Positions 1 to 9,872 of a stretch of 48,385 nt of DNA are shown piece after piece. Source of the stretch: a virus (lineage: Duplodnaviria > Caudoviricetes); the IMG/VR virus record IMGVR_UViG_3300030372_004824, positions 1-48,385 of that record; one strand, given 5' to 3'. The position numbers were made by a program, and so were the translations under genes. The notes beneath the pieces are model-generated. The model was not told where the DNA came from, ran no database searches, and saw nothing but the letters and a program-made list of their open reading frames with translations. Position 1 is the first letter of the stretch, and every line of letters starts with the position of its first letter.

Positions 1-1
1 T

Positions 2-94
2 TTAACGCCTCAACAAATACAAAACGTACAAACAAGAACCACAAGAACTTTCACGCGTACATACAGATCAGGAGGAGGTGGTGGTGGATATTAA
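2..94 (+). CDS. 3' end of an upstream ORF ending ...RSGGGGGGY (partial)
   Basis: Frame 2 is open from the window edge: LTPQQIQNVQTRTTRTFTRTYRSGGGGGGY, stop TAA at 92-94, 9 nt before the next ATG. Confidence 0.55.
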   Translation, partial: LTPQQIQNVQTRTTRTFTRTYRSGGGGGGY

Positions 95-103
95 ATTACA
101 ATT

Positions 104-496
104 ATGAGTATATTAAGTAAAGTATTTTCAGCCGGAGCTGGTAAATTAGTGCAAAACGTAGGTAATGTTATAGATAGCTTAACTACTACTGATGAAGAAA
201 AACTAGCTGCTGAAGCAAAGATAAAAGATTTAATCATGAGTTACGAAGCTGAAATGCAAAAGCAAGTAACCGAAAGGTGGAAGTTAGATATGAACTCTGA
301 CTCGTGGTTAAGTAAAAACATAAGACCACTAGTATTAGTGTTCTTAGTAGTAAGCACAGTGTTATTAGTATTTATAGATGCTGGTGCAATAAGTTTTGAT
401 GTAAAAGACTCATACGTAGATCTTTTACAATTAGTATTAATAACAGTGATCGGTGCTTACTTTGGCGGTAGATCACTAGAAAAAGTAAAAAAATAA
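104..496 (+). CDS. Holin, GTA_holin_3TM-like
   Basis: ERWxxDMxSDSWLSKNIRP motif, two hydrophobic segments, and a C-terminal YFGGRSLEK plus basic tail typical of this holin family. Confidence 0.8.
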   Translation: MSILSKVFSAGAGKLVQNVGNVIDSLTTTDEEKLAAEAKIKDLIMSYEAEMQKQVTERWKLDMNSDSWLSKNIRPLVLVFLVVSTVLLVFIDAGAISFDVKDSYVDLLQLVLITVIGAYFGGRSLEKVKK

Positions 497-500
497 AATT

Positions 501-1094
501 ATGGGATTATTAGGACAAGATTTTGTATCAAGAATTACAGGATCAGCTTTTGCTGACACGGCGGCAAATACTATTACAGCTCCACAAGGACAAGCTATCA
601 TAGCTATACAAGCTATAGGAACTACTGACGAAGAAATACTTTTAAGCTCTTTAGTGGCTGTAGATGCTACTAGAGACTTTAACACAGTTTCGGCAGCAGG
701 GTCAACTGGTAGATTTACTAGAACTGTAAACGGCGCAGTGTCAACTGCTGCTAAAGTTATATTTGACGAAGAAAATGCAGCTAATGGCGGTATAAAACCT
801 GGAGATAAAATATTTAACGCTGTTGGTACACAACTGGCTGTAGTTTTAGCTTTAGATCCAGATGGTGATAACACAAAAGAAATATCTACTGTGGCTAACT
901 TTAGTGCTAGTGACGATGATGTTTTAACTTTTGTAAGAGATGGAGAGTTTACAAATGTAGGTACCGGTGGACAAACGTTTGCAAATAACAATAAAATACC
1001 AGTTGGTATTATGCTTTATGGTACTTGGGAATCTGTATCTTTACAAGCAGATGCTTTAACAGGTGGTTTAATAGCTTATTTCGGACAAATATAA
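501..1094 (+). CDS. Hypothetical beta-rich virion-associated protein
   Basis: 197-aa ORF rich in Ala/Gly/Thr with an AT-rich leader; no recognised motif. Confidence 0.55.
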   Translation: MGLLGQDFVSRITGSAFADTAANTITAPQGQAIIAIQAIGTTDEEILLSSLVAVDATRDFNTVSAAGSTGRFTRTVNGAVSTAAKVIFDEENAANGGIKPGDKIFNAVGTQLAVVLALDPDGDNTKEISTVANFSASDDDVLTFVRDGEFTNVGTGGQTFANNNKIPVGIMLYGTWESVSLQADALTGGLIAYFGQI

Positions 1095-1122
1095 ATAAAT
1101 AAATTAACTTAAATTAAATAAA

Positions 1123-1404
1123 ATGGCAAAAAAAGAAGAGGTTGTGGACCTTAAACCACAAAAAGTAACTGACGAAGAATTAACTAAAATACAAGAGATC
1201 GTTAGCAATATTAATAGAGCTCAAATGGAAGTTGGTAGATATGAAGCTGGCAAACATACTTTGCTACATACTATTCAACATTTACAAGGAGAACTTAAAG
1301 TTGTTCAAGAAGAGCTTGAAAAAGAATATGGCACGGTAAACGTTAATATTCAAGACGGTACATTAAATTATCAAGAAGATGGCGAAGCTAATAAGAAAGA
1401 TTAG
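1123..1404 (+). CDS. Hypothetical small coiled-coil protein
   Basis: 93 aa with a heptad-like helix followed by EKEYGTVNVNIQDG; preceded by an A-rich leader. Confidence 0.6.
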   Translation: MAKKEEVVDLKPQKVTDEELTKIQEIVSNINRAQMEVGRYEAGKHTLLHTIQHLQGELKVVQEELEKEYGTVNVNIQDGTLNYQEDGEANKKD

Positions 1405-1600
1405 TATCGGTAAAGATTATAAAAATGATGCAATGCACTATGCTGTAGGTCAAGAGGTATATGGTGGACATACTATTTGTGATATAGTAGAAGAAGATGA
1501 AAAGTTTTCTGTATATATTAAAAAAAACAAAGATGTTTTACCTTGGAAAGACTTTAATAAAAACATGGCAGTATCTGTTGAATATAATTTAGAATACTAA
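1379..1600 (+). CDS. Hypothetical protein
   Basis: 73-aa ORF overlapping the previous gene; its stop is coupled to the next start (TAATG). Confidence 0.65.
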   Translation: MAKLIRKISIGKDYKNDAMHYAVGQEVYGGHTICDIVEEDEKFSVYIKKNKDVLPWKDFNKNMAVSVEYNLEY

Positions 1601-2190
1601 TGAAAAGCGTTTACAACTTTGTTGTAACGCCAATAGGACAAAGGTACAATAACGTAAAGAAGGTTGGAGATAAAGAGTTAATAATTAACACTGAAATCTT
1701 CAACCATCAATACGTTAATAGAACTGCAAAAGTAATATCTACTCCTATAATTGGTGATACAAATATAAAGCCGGATAATGAAGTAATACTACATCATAAT
1801 GTATTTAGACGTTGGCATAATGTAAAAGGTGAAGAAAAAAATAGCAAAAACTATTTTAACGAAAATACTTATATTGTATATCCTGATCAAATATTTTTAT
1901 ACAAACAAAATAATAAGTGGTTATCACCAAAAGGGTTTTGTTGGGTTAAACCCATAAAAAACCAAGACAAATACAGTAATAGCGAAACACAAAAAAATAT
2001 AGGTATTATAAAATATACTGATAATACTTTTCAAATAAACGATCTTATTGGTTTTACACCTTCTTCTGATTATAAATTTGTTATTGATGGTGAGTTATTA
2101 TACAGAGTGTACACTAAATTTATTACAATTAAATATGAATACCAAGGAAACGAAAAAGCTTATAATCCAAGCTGGGCACAGAGCAGTTGA
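1600..2190 (+). CDS. GroES-like co-chaperonin with two tandem GroES-like repeats
   Basis: Both halves resemble the GroES pattern: FVVTP...AKVISTP...IKPDNEVIL and WVKPI...GIIKY...INDLIGF...FVIDGELLYRV. Confidence 0.6.
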   Translation: MKSVYNFVVTPIGQRYNNVKKVGDKELIINTEIFNHQYVNRTAKVISTPIIGDTNIKPDNEVILHHNVFRRWHNVKGEEKNSKNYFNENTYIVYPDQIFLYKQNNKWLSPKGFCWVKPIKNQDKYSNSETQKNIGIIKYTDNTFQINDLIGFTPSSDYKFVIDGELLYRVYTKFITIKYEYQGNEKAYNPSWAQSS

Positions 2191-2410
2191 AGAATTAATT
2201 AACGTTGCTAAAGAAAAAATTATTACAAACACAGAAGATGATGTTAGCGCTGACAGATTAAAAAATGCTGCAGCTACAAAAAAACTAGCTATATTTGATG
2301 CGTTTGAAATACTAAATAGAATACAAGAAGAAGAAAATATACTTGAAGGTAAAGAAAACAAAGCAAACAATAAAGCTTTTAAAGGTTTTGCTGAAGGTAG
2401 GTCAAGATGA
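2135..2410 (+). CDS. Probable terminase small subunit (start revised to ATG 2135)
   Basis: Helical 91-aa protein directly before TerL with an ATGA overlap; ATG 2135 has the aattaaat leader typical of this genome. Function is inferred from position only. Confidence 0.45.
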   Translation: MNTKETKKLIIQAGHRAVEELINVAKEKIITNTEDDVSADRLKNAAATKKLAIFDAFEILNRIQEEENILEGKENKANNKAFKGFAEGRSR

Positions 2411-4626
2411 GTTACGAACAAACATTAGTTAAAATAATAGAACCTGTTAAACGTACGACTATAACTCGTATGAATAAAGGTAAAAAATGGGAATATGGAT
2501 ATAATAAAGAACATGATATTATCGTTATATCAAAAAATGGTACAATTGGCGAAATCATTGAAATGCAAAGTTTACGAATTGCTTTACCAAAAGTGCCAAC
2601 CAACGTGTACGTGCATGCCAAGCGTAAATGGCAAAGGATAGAATATCCTAAACAATTATCTAAATTAAAAAATATATTTGACTGGAGATCATATCCTGAA
2701 GAAGCAAAAGATCAATGGTATGATTATATAGACGAAGAGTTTAAAAGAAGAGATGAAGGTTTTTGGTTTAACAATAATGGTAAACCAACCTATGTAACAG
2801 GTAGCCACTATATGTACCTGCAATGGAGTAAAATAGATGTAGGTGCTCCTGATTTTAGAGAAGCAAACCGTTTGTTCTATATATTTTGGGAAGCATGTAA
2901 AGCAGATAAGCGTTGTTATGGTATGTGTTACCTTAAAAACAGACGATCTGGTTTTTCATTTATGTCGTCAGCTGAAACAGTTAATCTAGCTACTATATCA
3001 AGTGATAGTAGGTATGGTATATTATCTAAAAGTGGAGCCGATGCTAAAAAAATGTTTACAGACAAAGTTGTACCAATATCTGTTAACTATCCGTTTTTCT
3101 TTAAACCGATACAAGATGGTATGGATAGACCTAAGTCTGAGCTTGCTTACCGTGTACCTGCGAGTAAGTTTACTCGTAAAAAAATTACTGCAAACGAAAA
3201 GCAGGAAGACTTGGTTGGACTTGATACTACTATTGACTGGAAAAATACAGGTGATAACAGTTATGACGGAGAAAAGCTTACACTGTTAGTACACGATGAA
3301 AGTGGTAAGTGGGAAAGACCAGATAATATTTTAAATAATTGGCGTGTTACAAAAACATGTTTAAGATTAGGTAGTAGAATAGTTGGTAAATGTATGATGG
3401 GCTCAACTTCCAACGCCCTTGATAAAGGTGGAGACAACTTTAAAAAATTATATAATGATTCAGATGTATCAAGACGAAATCGTAATGGACAAACAAAGTC
3501 TGGCTTATATTCTCTCTTTATCCCAATGGAGTGGAACTACGAAGGCTTTATTGATGAATACGGAAATCCAGTCTTTAATAATCCAAATAATGATGTATAC
3601 GGACCACACGGAGAATTAATAGATTATGGTATTATTGATCACTGGCAAAACGAAGCTGAAGGATTAAAAGGAGATAGTGACGCGTTAAATGAGTTTTACA
3701 GACAGTTTCCAAGAACTACAGAACATGCGTTTAGAGATGAAACAAAAAACAGTATATTTAACTTAGTTAAGATATACGAACAAATAGATTACAACGAAGA
3801 AATGTCTAGAACATTAGGTATTTCAACGGGTAATTTTCAATGGATTAACGGTATAAAAGATTCAAACGTTATATTTTATCCAGATCCAAAAGGTAGATTT
3901 AAAATAAGCTGGGTACCACCTACCCACATGCAAAATAAAATTATAATAAAAAACGGTATTAAATACCCTGGCAATGAACATACAGGAGCTTTTGGTTGTG
4001 ACTCGTATGATATATCAGGAACCGTAGATGGTAAAGGTTCTAAAGGAGCGTTGCATGGTTTAACTAAGTTTAGCATGGAAGATGCGCCACCAAACCAATT
4101 TTTTTTAGAATACTTAGCAAGACCGCAAACAGCAGAGATATTTTTTGAAGATGTTTTAATGGCACTAGTGTTTTACGGTATGCCGTTACTTGCGGAAAAC
4201 AATAAACCAAGATTATTATATTATTTAAGACGTAGAGGTTATCGTGGTTATAGTATGAATCGCCCTGATAAAATATGGAACAAATTATCTGTAGCAGAAA
4301 AAGAAATAGGTGGTATACCAAATACAAGTGAAGATATTAAACAAGCCCACGCTGCTGCAATTGAAATGTATATTCAAAGCCATGTTGGCATGAATAACGA
4401 AGGTCAGTTTGGCAATTGTTATTTTAACGAGTTGTTAAATGATTGGGCTAAATTTGATATAAATAAAAGAACTAAATATGATGCTTCTATAAGCTCTGGA
4501 CTTGCTATAATGGCTTGTAATAGACACTTATATAGACCAAACGCTAAAATAGAAAGATCAAAACTAAACATAAGTATTGCTAGATATGAAAATAAAGGCA
4601 ATACATCTAAATTAATTAAAGAATAA
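2407..4626 (+). CDS. terL: Terminase large subunit
   Basis: Walker A-like YLKNRRSGFS, Walker B LLVHDESGKW, coupling motif GSTSN, RNase H-like nuclease motif FGCDSYD; lies upstream of the portal. Confidence 0.92.
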   Translation: MSYEQTLVKIIEPVKRTTITRMNKGKKWEYGYNKEHDIIVISKNGTIGEIIEMQSLRIALPKVPTNVYVHAKRKWQRIEYPKQLSKLKNIFDWRSYPEEAKDQWYDYIDEEFKRRDEGFWFNNNGKPTYVTGSHYMYLQWSKIDVGAPDFREANRLFYIFWEACKADKRCYGMCYLKNRRSGFSFMSSAETVNLATISSDSRYGILSKSGADAKKMFTDKVVPISVNYPFFFKPIQDGMDRPKSELAYRVPASKFTRKKITANEKQEDLVGLDTTIDWKNTGDNSYDGEKLTLLVHDESGKWERPDNILNNWRVTKTCLRLGSRIVGKCMMGSTSNALDKGGDNFKKLYNDSDVSRRNRNGQTKSGLYSLFIPMEWNYEGFIDEYGNPVFNNPNNDVYGPHGELIDYGIIDHWQNEAEGLKGDSDALNEFYRQFPRTTEHAFRDETKNSIFNLVKIYEQIDYNEEMSRTLGISTGNFQWINGIKDSNVIFYPDPKGRFKISWVPPTHMQNKIIIKNGIKYPGNEHTGAFGCDSYDISGTVDGKGSKGALHGLTKFSMEDAPPNQFFLEYLARPQTAEIFFEDVLMALVFYGMPLLAENNKPRLLYYLRRRGYRGYSMNRPDKIWNKLSVAEKEIGGIPNTSEDIKQAHAAAIEMYIQSHVGMNNEGQFGNCYFNELLNDWAKFDINKRTKYDASISSGLAIMACNRHLYRPNAKIERSKLNISIARYENKGNTSKLIKE

Positions 4627-4628
4627 AT

Positions 4629-7037
4629 ATGGCAGAGTCTGTTATAAAAAGTTATTTTCCAAGTCAAGTAGTAAGCGATGCTGAAAAACTAAGCTATGAT
4701 TACGGTTTAAAAGTAGCAAAAGCTATTGAACAAGAGTGGTTTTACGATGATAATAATCAATCAAGATACAGTAGCAATAGAAACAATTATCATGGTTTAA
4801 GATTATATGCTAGAGGTGAACAATCAGTTCAAAAATATAAAAACGAATTGTCTATAAATGGTGATTTGTCTTATTTAAATTTAGACTGGACGCCAGTACC
4901 TATTATACCTAAGTTTGTAGATATACTAGTAAATGGTATGACACAAAGAACTTATGATATAAAAGCTTATGCAATAGATCCGTTTGGTGTTAAAGAAAGA
5001 ACAAACTACATGGAATCTGTTTTAATGGACATGGAGTTAAAAGATATTAACAGTGCTAACGAGTTACAGTTTGATGTAAACACTAGAGAAACTGATATAA
5101 ATTTACCTGAAAGTAAAGAAGAGCTAGAATTACACATGCAGCTTGATTATAAACAACCTATTGAATTAGCGGAAGAACAAGCTTTAAACTTGTTATTTGA
5201 AGGTAATAAATTTGATTTAATTCAAAAACGTTTTTATTATGATTTAACAGTGTTAGGTATTGGCGCTGCAAAAACTGACTTTAATACTTCAGAAGGAGCT
5301 GTTATTAAATATGTTGATCCTGCTGATTTAGTTTATTCATATACTGAATCACCTTACTTTGATGATATATATTATGTTGGTGAAGTTAAAATGATCCCAG
5401 TAAATGAACTTGTAAAACAGTTTCCGTTTTTAGAACAAGAAGATTTAGAAGATATAGTTAAAAATAAAAAAACATATCAAAAAAACTATTTACAAGGGGT
5501 TGCTGGTTATAAAGAAGAAGACAATAATAAAGTTCAAGTTTTATATTTTAATTATAAAACTTATATGAACGAAGTTTACAAGGTAAAAGAAACCGGTAGT
5601 GGCGCTGATAAAGCTATAGAAAAAGATGATAGTTTTAATCCACCTCAAGAAAAAGAAGGTAATTTTATAAGGCTACATAGAAGTATAGAAGTTTTATATG
5701 AAGGTGCTTTAATACTTGGTACAAACAGGCTTTTAAAATGGGAAATGTCTAAAAACATGATGCGTCCTAAAAGTGACTATACTAAAGTTATGATGAATTA
5801 TAGTATAGTAGCTCCACGTATGTATAAAGGTAGAATAGAAAGCTTAGTAAGACGTATTACTGGTTTTGCTGATATGATACAGTTAACTCATTTAAAACTA
5901 CAACAAGTTTTAAATCGCATGGTACCAGACGGTGTTTATCTTGATGCTGATGGTTTAGCAGAAGTTGATTTAGGCAACGGTACAAATTATAATCCTCAAG
6001 AAGCGTTAAATATGTTTTTTCAAACAGGTAGTATAATTGGTAGATCATATACGCAAGAAGGAGATATTAATGCTGGTAAAGTGCCAATACAAGAAATAAC
6101 AAGTGGTAATGGTGGTAATAAGATACAAGCTTTAATAGCTAACTATAACTATTATATGCAAATGATAAGAGATACTACGGGGCTTAACGAAGCTAGAGAT
6201 GGTAGTACTCCAGATAAAAACGCTTTAGTTGGCGTACAAAAATTAGCTGCAGCAAATAGTAATACAGCTACAAGACACGTATTACAAGCTGGTTTATTTT
6301 TAACAGCAGAATTAGCCGAGCAATTATCACTTAGAATATCTGATATATTAGAATATTCACCAACAAAAGAAGCTTTTATACAAGCAATAGGTTCTCATAA
6401 TGTAGCTACATTAAAAGAAATAGAAGATTTATATTTATATGATTTTGGCGTGTTTATACAGCTACAACCAGATGAAGAAGAAAAACAAATGCTTGAAAAT
6501 AATATACAAGTAGCTTTACAAAAAAATAGTATAGAACTTGAAGATGCTATAGATATTAGAGAAACTAAAAATTTAAAACTAGCAAATAAGCTTTTAAAGT
6601 TAAGAAGAGGTAAGAAAGAGCAAAAAGACAGAAGATTACAAATGGAAAATATTCAAGCTCAGTCTCAATCTAACACACAAGCTGCTCAACAAGCTGCTCA
6701 AATGGAAATGCAAAAAAACCAAGCATTAACTCAAAGTAAAGCAGAGCTATCACAATTAGAAGCTCAATTAGATTTACAGAAGTTACAGCAAGAAGCACAA
6801 ATTAAAAAAGAGTTAATGCAAATAGAGTTTCAAATGAACATGCAGTTAAAAGGCGCTGAAACTCAACAGTTAGCTAATAGAGAAAAAACAAAAGAAGATA
6901 GAAAAGATGAAAGAACTAGAATACAAGCAACTCAACAAAGTGAAATGATTGATCAAAGAAAAGGTGGAAAAACACCTAAAAACTTTGAATCAATGAGTAA
7001 CAATATGAGAGAAAGCTTTGATCTAAGAAACTTATAA
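4629..7037 (+). CDS. Portal protein
   Basis: 802 aa directly after TerL; PIIPKFVDILV and TGLNEARDG motifs; long Gln-rich C-terminal coiled coil like the P22/crAss portal barrel. Confidence 0.85.
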   Translation: MAESVIKSYFPSQVVSDAEKLSYDYGLKVAKAIEQEWFYDDNNQSRYSSNRNNYHGLRLYARGEQSVQKYKNELSINGDLSYLNLDWTPVPIIPKFVDILVNGMTQRTYDIKAYAIDPFGVKERTNYMESVLMDMELKDINSANELQFDVNTRETDINLPESKEELELHMQLDYKQPIELAEEQALNLLFEGNKFDLIQKRFYYDLTVLGIGAAKTDFNTSEGAVIKYVDPADLVYSYTESPYFDDIYYVGEVKMIPVNELVKQFPFLEQEDLEDIVKNKKTYQKNYLQGVAGYKEEDNNKVQVLYFNYKTYMNEVYKVKETGSGADKAIEKDDSFNPPQEKEGNFIRLHRSIEVLYEGALILGTNRLLKWEMSKNMMRPKSDYTKVMMNYSIVAPRMYKGRIESLVRRITGFADMIQLTHLKLQQVLNRMVPDGVYLDADGLAEVDLGNGTNYNPQEALNMFFQTGSIIGRSYTQEGDINAGKVPIQEITSGNGGNKIQALIANYNYYMQMIRDTTGLNEARDGSTPDKNALVGVQKLAAANSNTATRHVLQAGLFLTAELAEQLSLRISDILEYSPTKEAFIQAIGSHNVATLKEIEDLYLYDFGVFIQLQPDEEEKQMLENNIQVALQKNSIELEDAIDIRETKNLKLANKLLKLRRGKKEQKDRRLQMENIQAQSQSNTQAAQQAAQMEMQKNQALTQSKAELSQLEAQLDLQKLQQEAQIKKELMQIEFQMNMQLKGAETQQLANREKTKEDRKDERTRIQATQQSEMIDQRKGGKTPKNFESMSNNMRESFDLRNL

Positions 7038-7038
7038 A

Positions 7039-7068
7039 TTTATTAATTATTATTATATTATATTATGG
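7039..7068 (+). promoter_or_regulatory. AT-rich leader motif, copy 1 (TTTATTAATT...ATATTATATTATGG)
   Basis: A near-identical motif precedes ATG 9869. Confidence 0.4.
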
Positions 7069-8273
7069 AAGAAAACAAAGAAAACGTAGTTGAAGAAACT
7101 ACACAAGAAACTGTGCAAACAGTTGATAAAACAAAATTTAATAGCGCTGAAGATGATAGCGTTTTAAAAGTAGATTTAAATAACCCACCAAAAATAAAAG
7201 AAGATGCCGTTCGAGAGCAAGAAACAAATGAGGTATCTGTACGCGACGAACAAGCCGCTAGCGGAGAAGTTCAGAAAGAAAACGTCGAAACAACAGATGA
7301 AAAACCTACCGGAGACAGCGCCGACAACGTTCAAGATGAAGCGCCCACTCTTGAAGAAGTAACCGAACAAGAAGTAACAGAGCAAGTAGAAGAGTTAGTT
7401 GAAGAAACTAAAGAAGCTATAGCTGAAGCTCAACAAACTGGAAAAGAACTTCCTGAAAATGTTCAAAAGTTAATGGACTTTATGGAAGAAACTGGTGGTG
7501 ATATAAACGATTATGTTCGTCTTAATCAAGATTATACTAATTACGATGATAATAGTATATTAAGAGAGTATTATAAACAAACTAAAAAACATCTTACGGA
7601 TGAAGAGATTAGTTTTTTAATGGAAGATTCATTTTCTTATAATGAAGAAGAAGACGACGATAGAGAAGTAAAAAGAAAAAAATTAGCGTTAAAAGAGCAA
7701 GTTGCCAGCGCTAAAGCCTACTTAGACGGGCAAAAGTCTAAATACTATGAAGAAATTAAAGCTGGGTCAAAGTTGACCAAAGAACAACAAAAAGCTATGG
7801 ATTTTTTTAATAGATATAACAAAGAGTCAGAAGAGACTAAAAAAGTTGTAGATAATAACACTAAAATTTTTGATCAAAAAACTGATAATCTTTTTAACGA
7901 TAAATTTAAAGGGTTTTCCTTTGATGTTGGTGAAAAGAAATTTAGGTTTAATGTTAAAAATATAAACGAAGTAAAGCAAAAACAAAGTAACTTACAAAAT
8001 TTTATGACAAAGTTTGTTGATAAAAATAAAGCTTTGGTTGATGCTGAAGGCTATCATAAGTCATTGTTTACTGCTATGAATTCTGATGCTATTGCAAAAC
8101 ACTTCTACGAACAAGGTAAAGCTGATGCTTTAAAAGAAAGTATAGCTAAATCTAAAAATGTTGATATGAATCCAAGACAATCTTTTGGTGAAGTAGAAGC
8201 TGGAGGTATGAAAGTAAAAGTATTAGGTGATAATTCTTCTGATTTTAAGTTTAAAATTAAAAACAATAAATAA
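7065..8273 (+). CDS. Probable capsid scaffolding protein
   Basis: Very acidic disordered N-terminal half and helical C-terminal half; sits between portal and MCP. Confidence 0.65.
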   Translation: MEENKENVVEETTQETVQTVDKTKFNSAEDDSVLKVDLNNPPKIKEDAVREQETNEVSVRDEQAASGEVQKENVETTDEKPTGDSADNVQDEAPTLEEVTEQEVTEQVEELVEETKEAIAEAQQTGKELPENVQKLMDFMEETGGDINDYVRLNQDYTNYDDNSILREYYKQTKKHLTDEEISFLMEDSFSYNEEEDDDREVKRKKLALKEQVASAKAYLDGQKSKYYEEIKAGSKLTKEQQKAMDFFNRYNKESEETKKVVDNNTKIFDQKTDNLFNDKFKGFSFDVGEKKFRFNVKNINEVKQKQSNLQNFMTKFVDKNKALVDAEGYHKSLFTAMNSDAIAKHFYEQGKADALKESIAKSKNVDMNPRQSFGEVEAGGMKVKVLGDNSSDFKFKIKNNK

Positions 8274-8294
8274 CAAATTTAAAATTTAAAAATT

Positions 8295-9800
8295 ATGGCA
8301 ATTACTGCAGGAGGTAGTTTGAATAGTGTACCTGCTCCAAAGCAACAAACACTAGCATCAAACTACATCGATTTTACGAGTACAACTACTCAAGGTTGGG
8401 CTCAACAATATTTACCAGATCTAATGGAAAAAGAAGCTGAGGTATTCGGTAACAGAACTATCTCTGGTTTTCTTTCACAAGTTGGAGCTGAAGAATCTAT
8501 GACTGCTGATCAAGTTATTTGGTCTGAGCAAGGTAGATTACACTTATCGTATCAAGGTACAGTTACTGTAGCTGGTGATGTTAATGGTACGTTCGAAATT
8601 ACAAAAGACATTGACGGTGATACTACTGTTGGTACTACTACTTCTAGAACTCACGGTGTTAGAGTAAATGATGTTGTACTTATTGCAAGTGCAGGTATCG
8701 TTACTAAATGTTTAGTAGTAGAAACTCCAGACTCAAACGTTGTTTCGGTTGAGCCTTATGACAAAGTTGATTTAACTGATCATGCTACAACTACTAGTGG
8801 ATCTATATTATTAGTTATAGGTTCTGAGTATGGTAAAGGTCAATCTTACTCTGATATTACTGGTACTCACAGTGCTGATAGAAGAGAAGCTATTGAGCCA
8901 TCTTTCAAGCAATTTAACAACAAACCAATAATCATGAAAGATTATTACGAAGTTTCAGGATCTGATGCTTCTCAAGTTGGTTGGGTTGAAATTTCTGGTG
9001 AAGAAGGACAAAATGGTTACTTATGGTACTTAAAGGCTGAAGGTGATACTAGAGCTAGATTTACTGATTACTTAGAAATGACAATGATTGAAGCTGAGAA
9101 AACTGCTTTATTATCGCCTATAGGTTTTGCTAACAAGCAAATCAGAGGTTCTGCCGACGCTGGTCTTAACGGTGCTGGTACTGAAGGTTTATTCGCTGCT
9201 ATTGAGTCTAGAGGTAACTTAACTTCTGGTGTAACTGGTGTTAACGCTGCTACTGATTTAGCTGAGTTCGATGCAATTTTAGCTGAGTTTGATAAGCAAG
9301 GTGCTATTGAAGAAAACATGTTATTTGTAAACAGAGCTACGTCTCTTGCTTTTGATGATATGTTAGCTTCTATGAACTCTTACGGGGCTGGTGGTACATC
9401 ATACGGTGTATTCAACAACTCTGAGGATATGGCATTAAATTTAGGTTTCTCTGGTTTCAGAAGAGGTTCTTATGACTTCTATAAGTCTGACTTCAGATAC
9501 TTAAATGACAAAGCTACAAGAGGTGAAATAAACCGTGTTGCAGGTTCTGCTGCAATCAGAGGTGTTATTATACCTGCTGGTGTATCTTCTGTATATGATC
9601 AAGCTTTAGGAAAGAACTTAAAAAGACCTTTCTTACACGTAAGATTTAGATCTTCACAAACTGATGACCGAAGAATGAAAACTTGGGTTACTGGTTCTGT
9701 TGGAGCTGCTACATCTGCGCTTGACGCAATGCAAGTTCATTATTTATCAGAAAGATGTTTAGTAGTACAAGGTGCTAACAACTTTATGTTAATGAAGTAA
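8295..9800 (+). CDS. Major capsid protein
   Basis: 501 aa after the scaffold; codon usage suggests high expression (many TTC/AAC/ATC/GGT); followed by a terminator; GxEGLFAAIESRG and RPFLHVRFR motifs as recalled for crAss-like/Bacteroidota MCPs. Confidence 0.88.
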   Translation: MAITAGGSLNSVPAPKQQTLASNYIDFTSTTTQGWAQQYLPDLMEKEAEVFGNRTISGFLSQVGAEESMTADQVIWSEQGRLHLSYQGTVTVAGDVNGTFEITKDIDGDTTVGTTTSRTHGVRVNDVVLIASAGIVTKCLVVETPDSNVVSVEPYDKVDLTDHATTTSGSILLVIGSEYGKGQSYSDITGTHSADRREAIEPSFKQFNNKPIIMKDYYEVSGSDASQVGWVEISGEEGQNGYLWYLKAEGDTRARFTDYLEMTMIEAEKTALLSPIGFANKQIRGSADAGLNGAGTEGLFAAIESRGNLTSGVTGVNAATDLAEFDAILAEFDKQGAIEENMLFVNRATSLAFDDMLASMNSYGAGGTSYGVFNNSEDMALNLGFSGFRRGSYDFYKSDFRYLNDKATRGEINRVAGSAAIRGVIIPAGVSSVYDQALGKNLKRPFLHVRFRSSQTDDRRMKTWVTGSVGAATSALDAMQVHYLSERCLVVQGANNFMLMK

Positions 9801-9810
9801 ACTATTTATT

Positions 9811-9848
9811 AAGGATCGAGGCTTCGGCCTCGACCCTTTATTTTATTA
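9811..9848 (+). terminator. Rho-independent terminator after the MCP gene
   Basis: Stem TCGAGGC (9816-9822), loop TTCG, GCCTCGA (9827-9833), extendable by AAGG/CCTT, followed by a T-rich tract. Confidence 0.85.
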
Positions 9849-9872
9849 ATTTTATTATATATTATATTATGG
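9842..9872 (+). promoter_or_regulatory. AT-rich leader motif, copy 2
   Basis: Matches the motif at 7039-7068. Confidence 0.4.

Noticed and set aside
71-80. GGAGGAGG as a Shine-Dalgarno site for the holin
   Set aside because: It is more than 20 nt from the ATG and is explained by poly-Gly codons of the upstream ORF; other genes lack SD motifs
2407-9800. Introns or inteins in terminase, portal or capsid genes
   Set aside because: The ORFs are uninterrupted and no intein splice motifs or homing endonuclease ORFs were recognised
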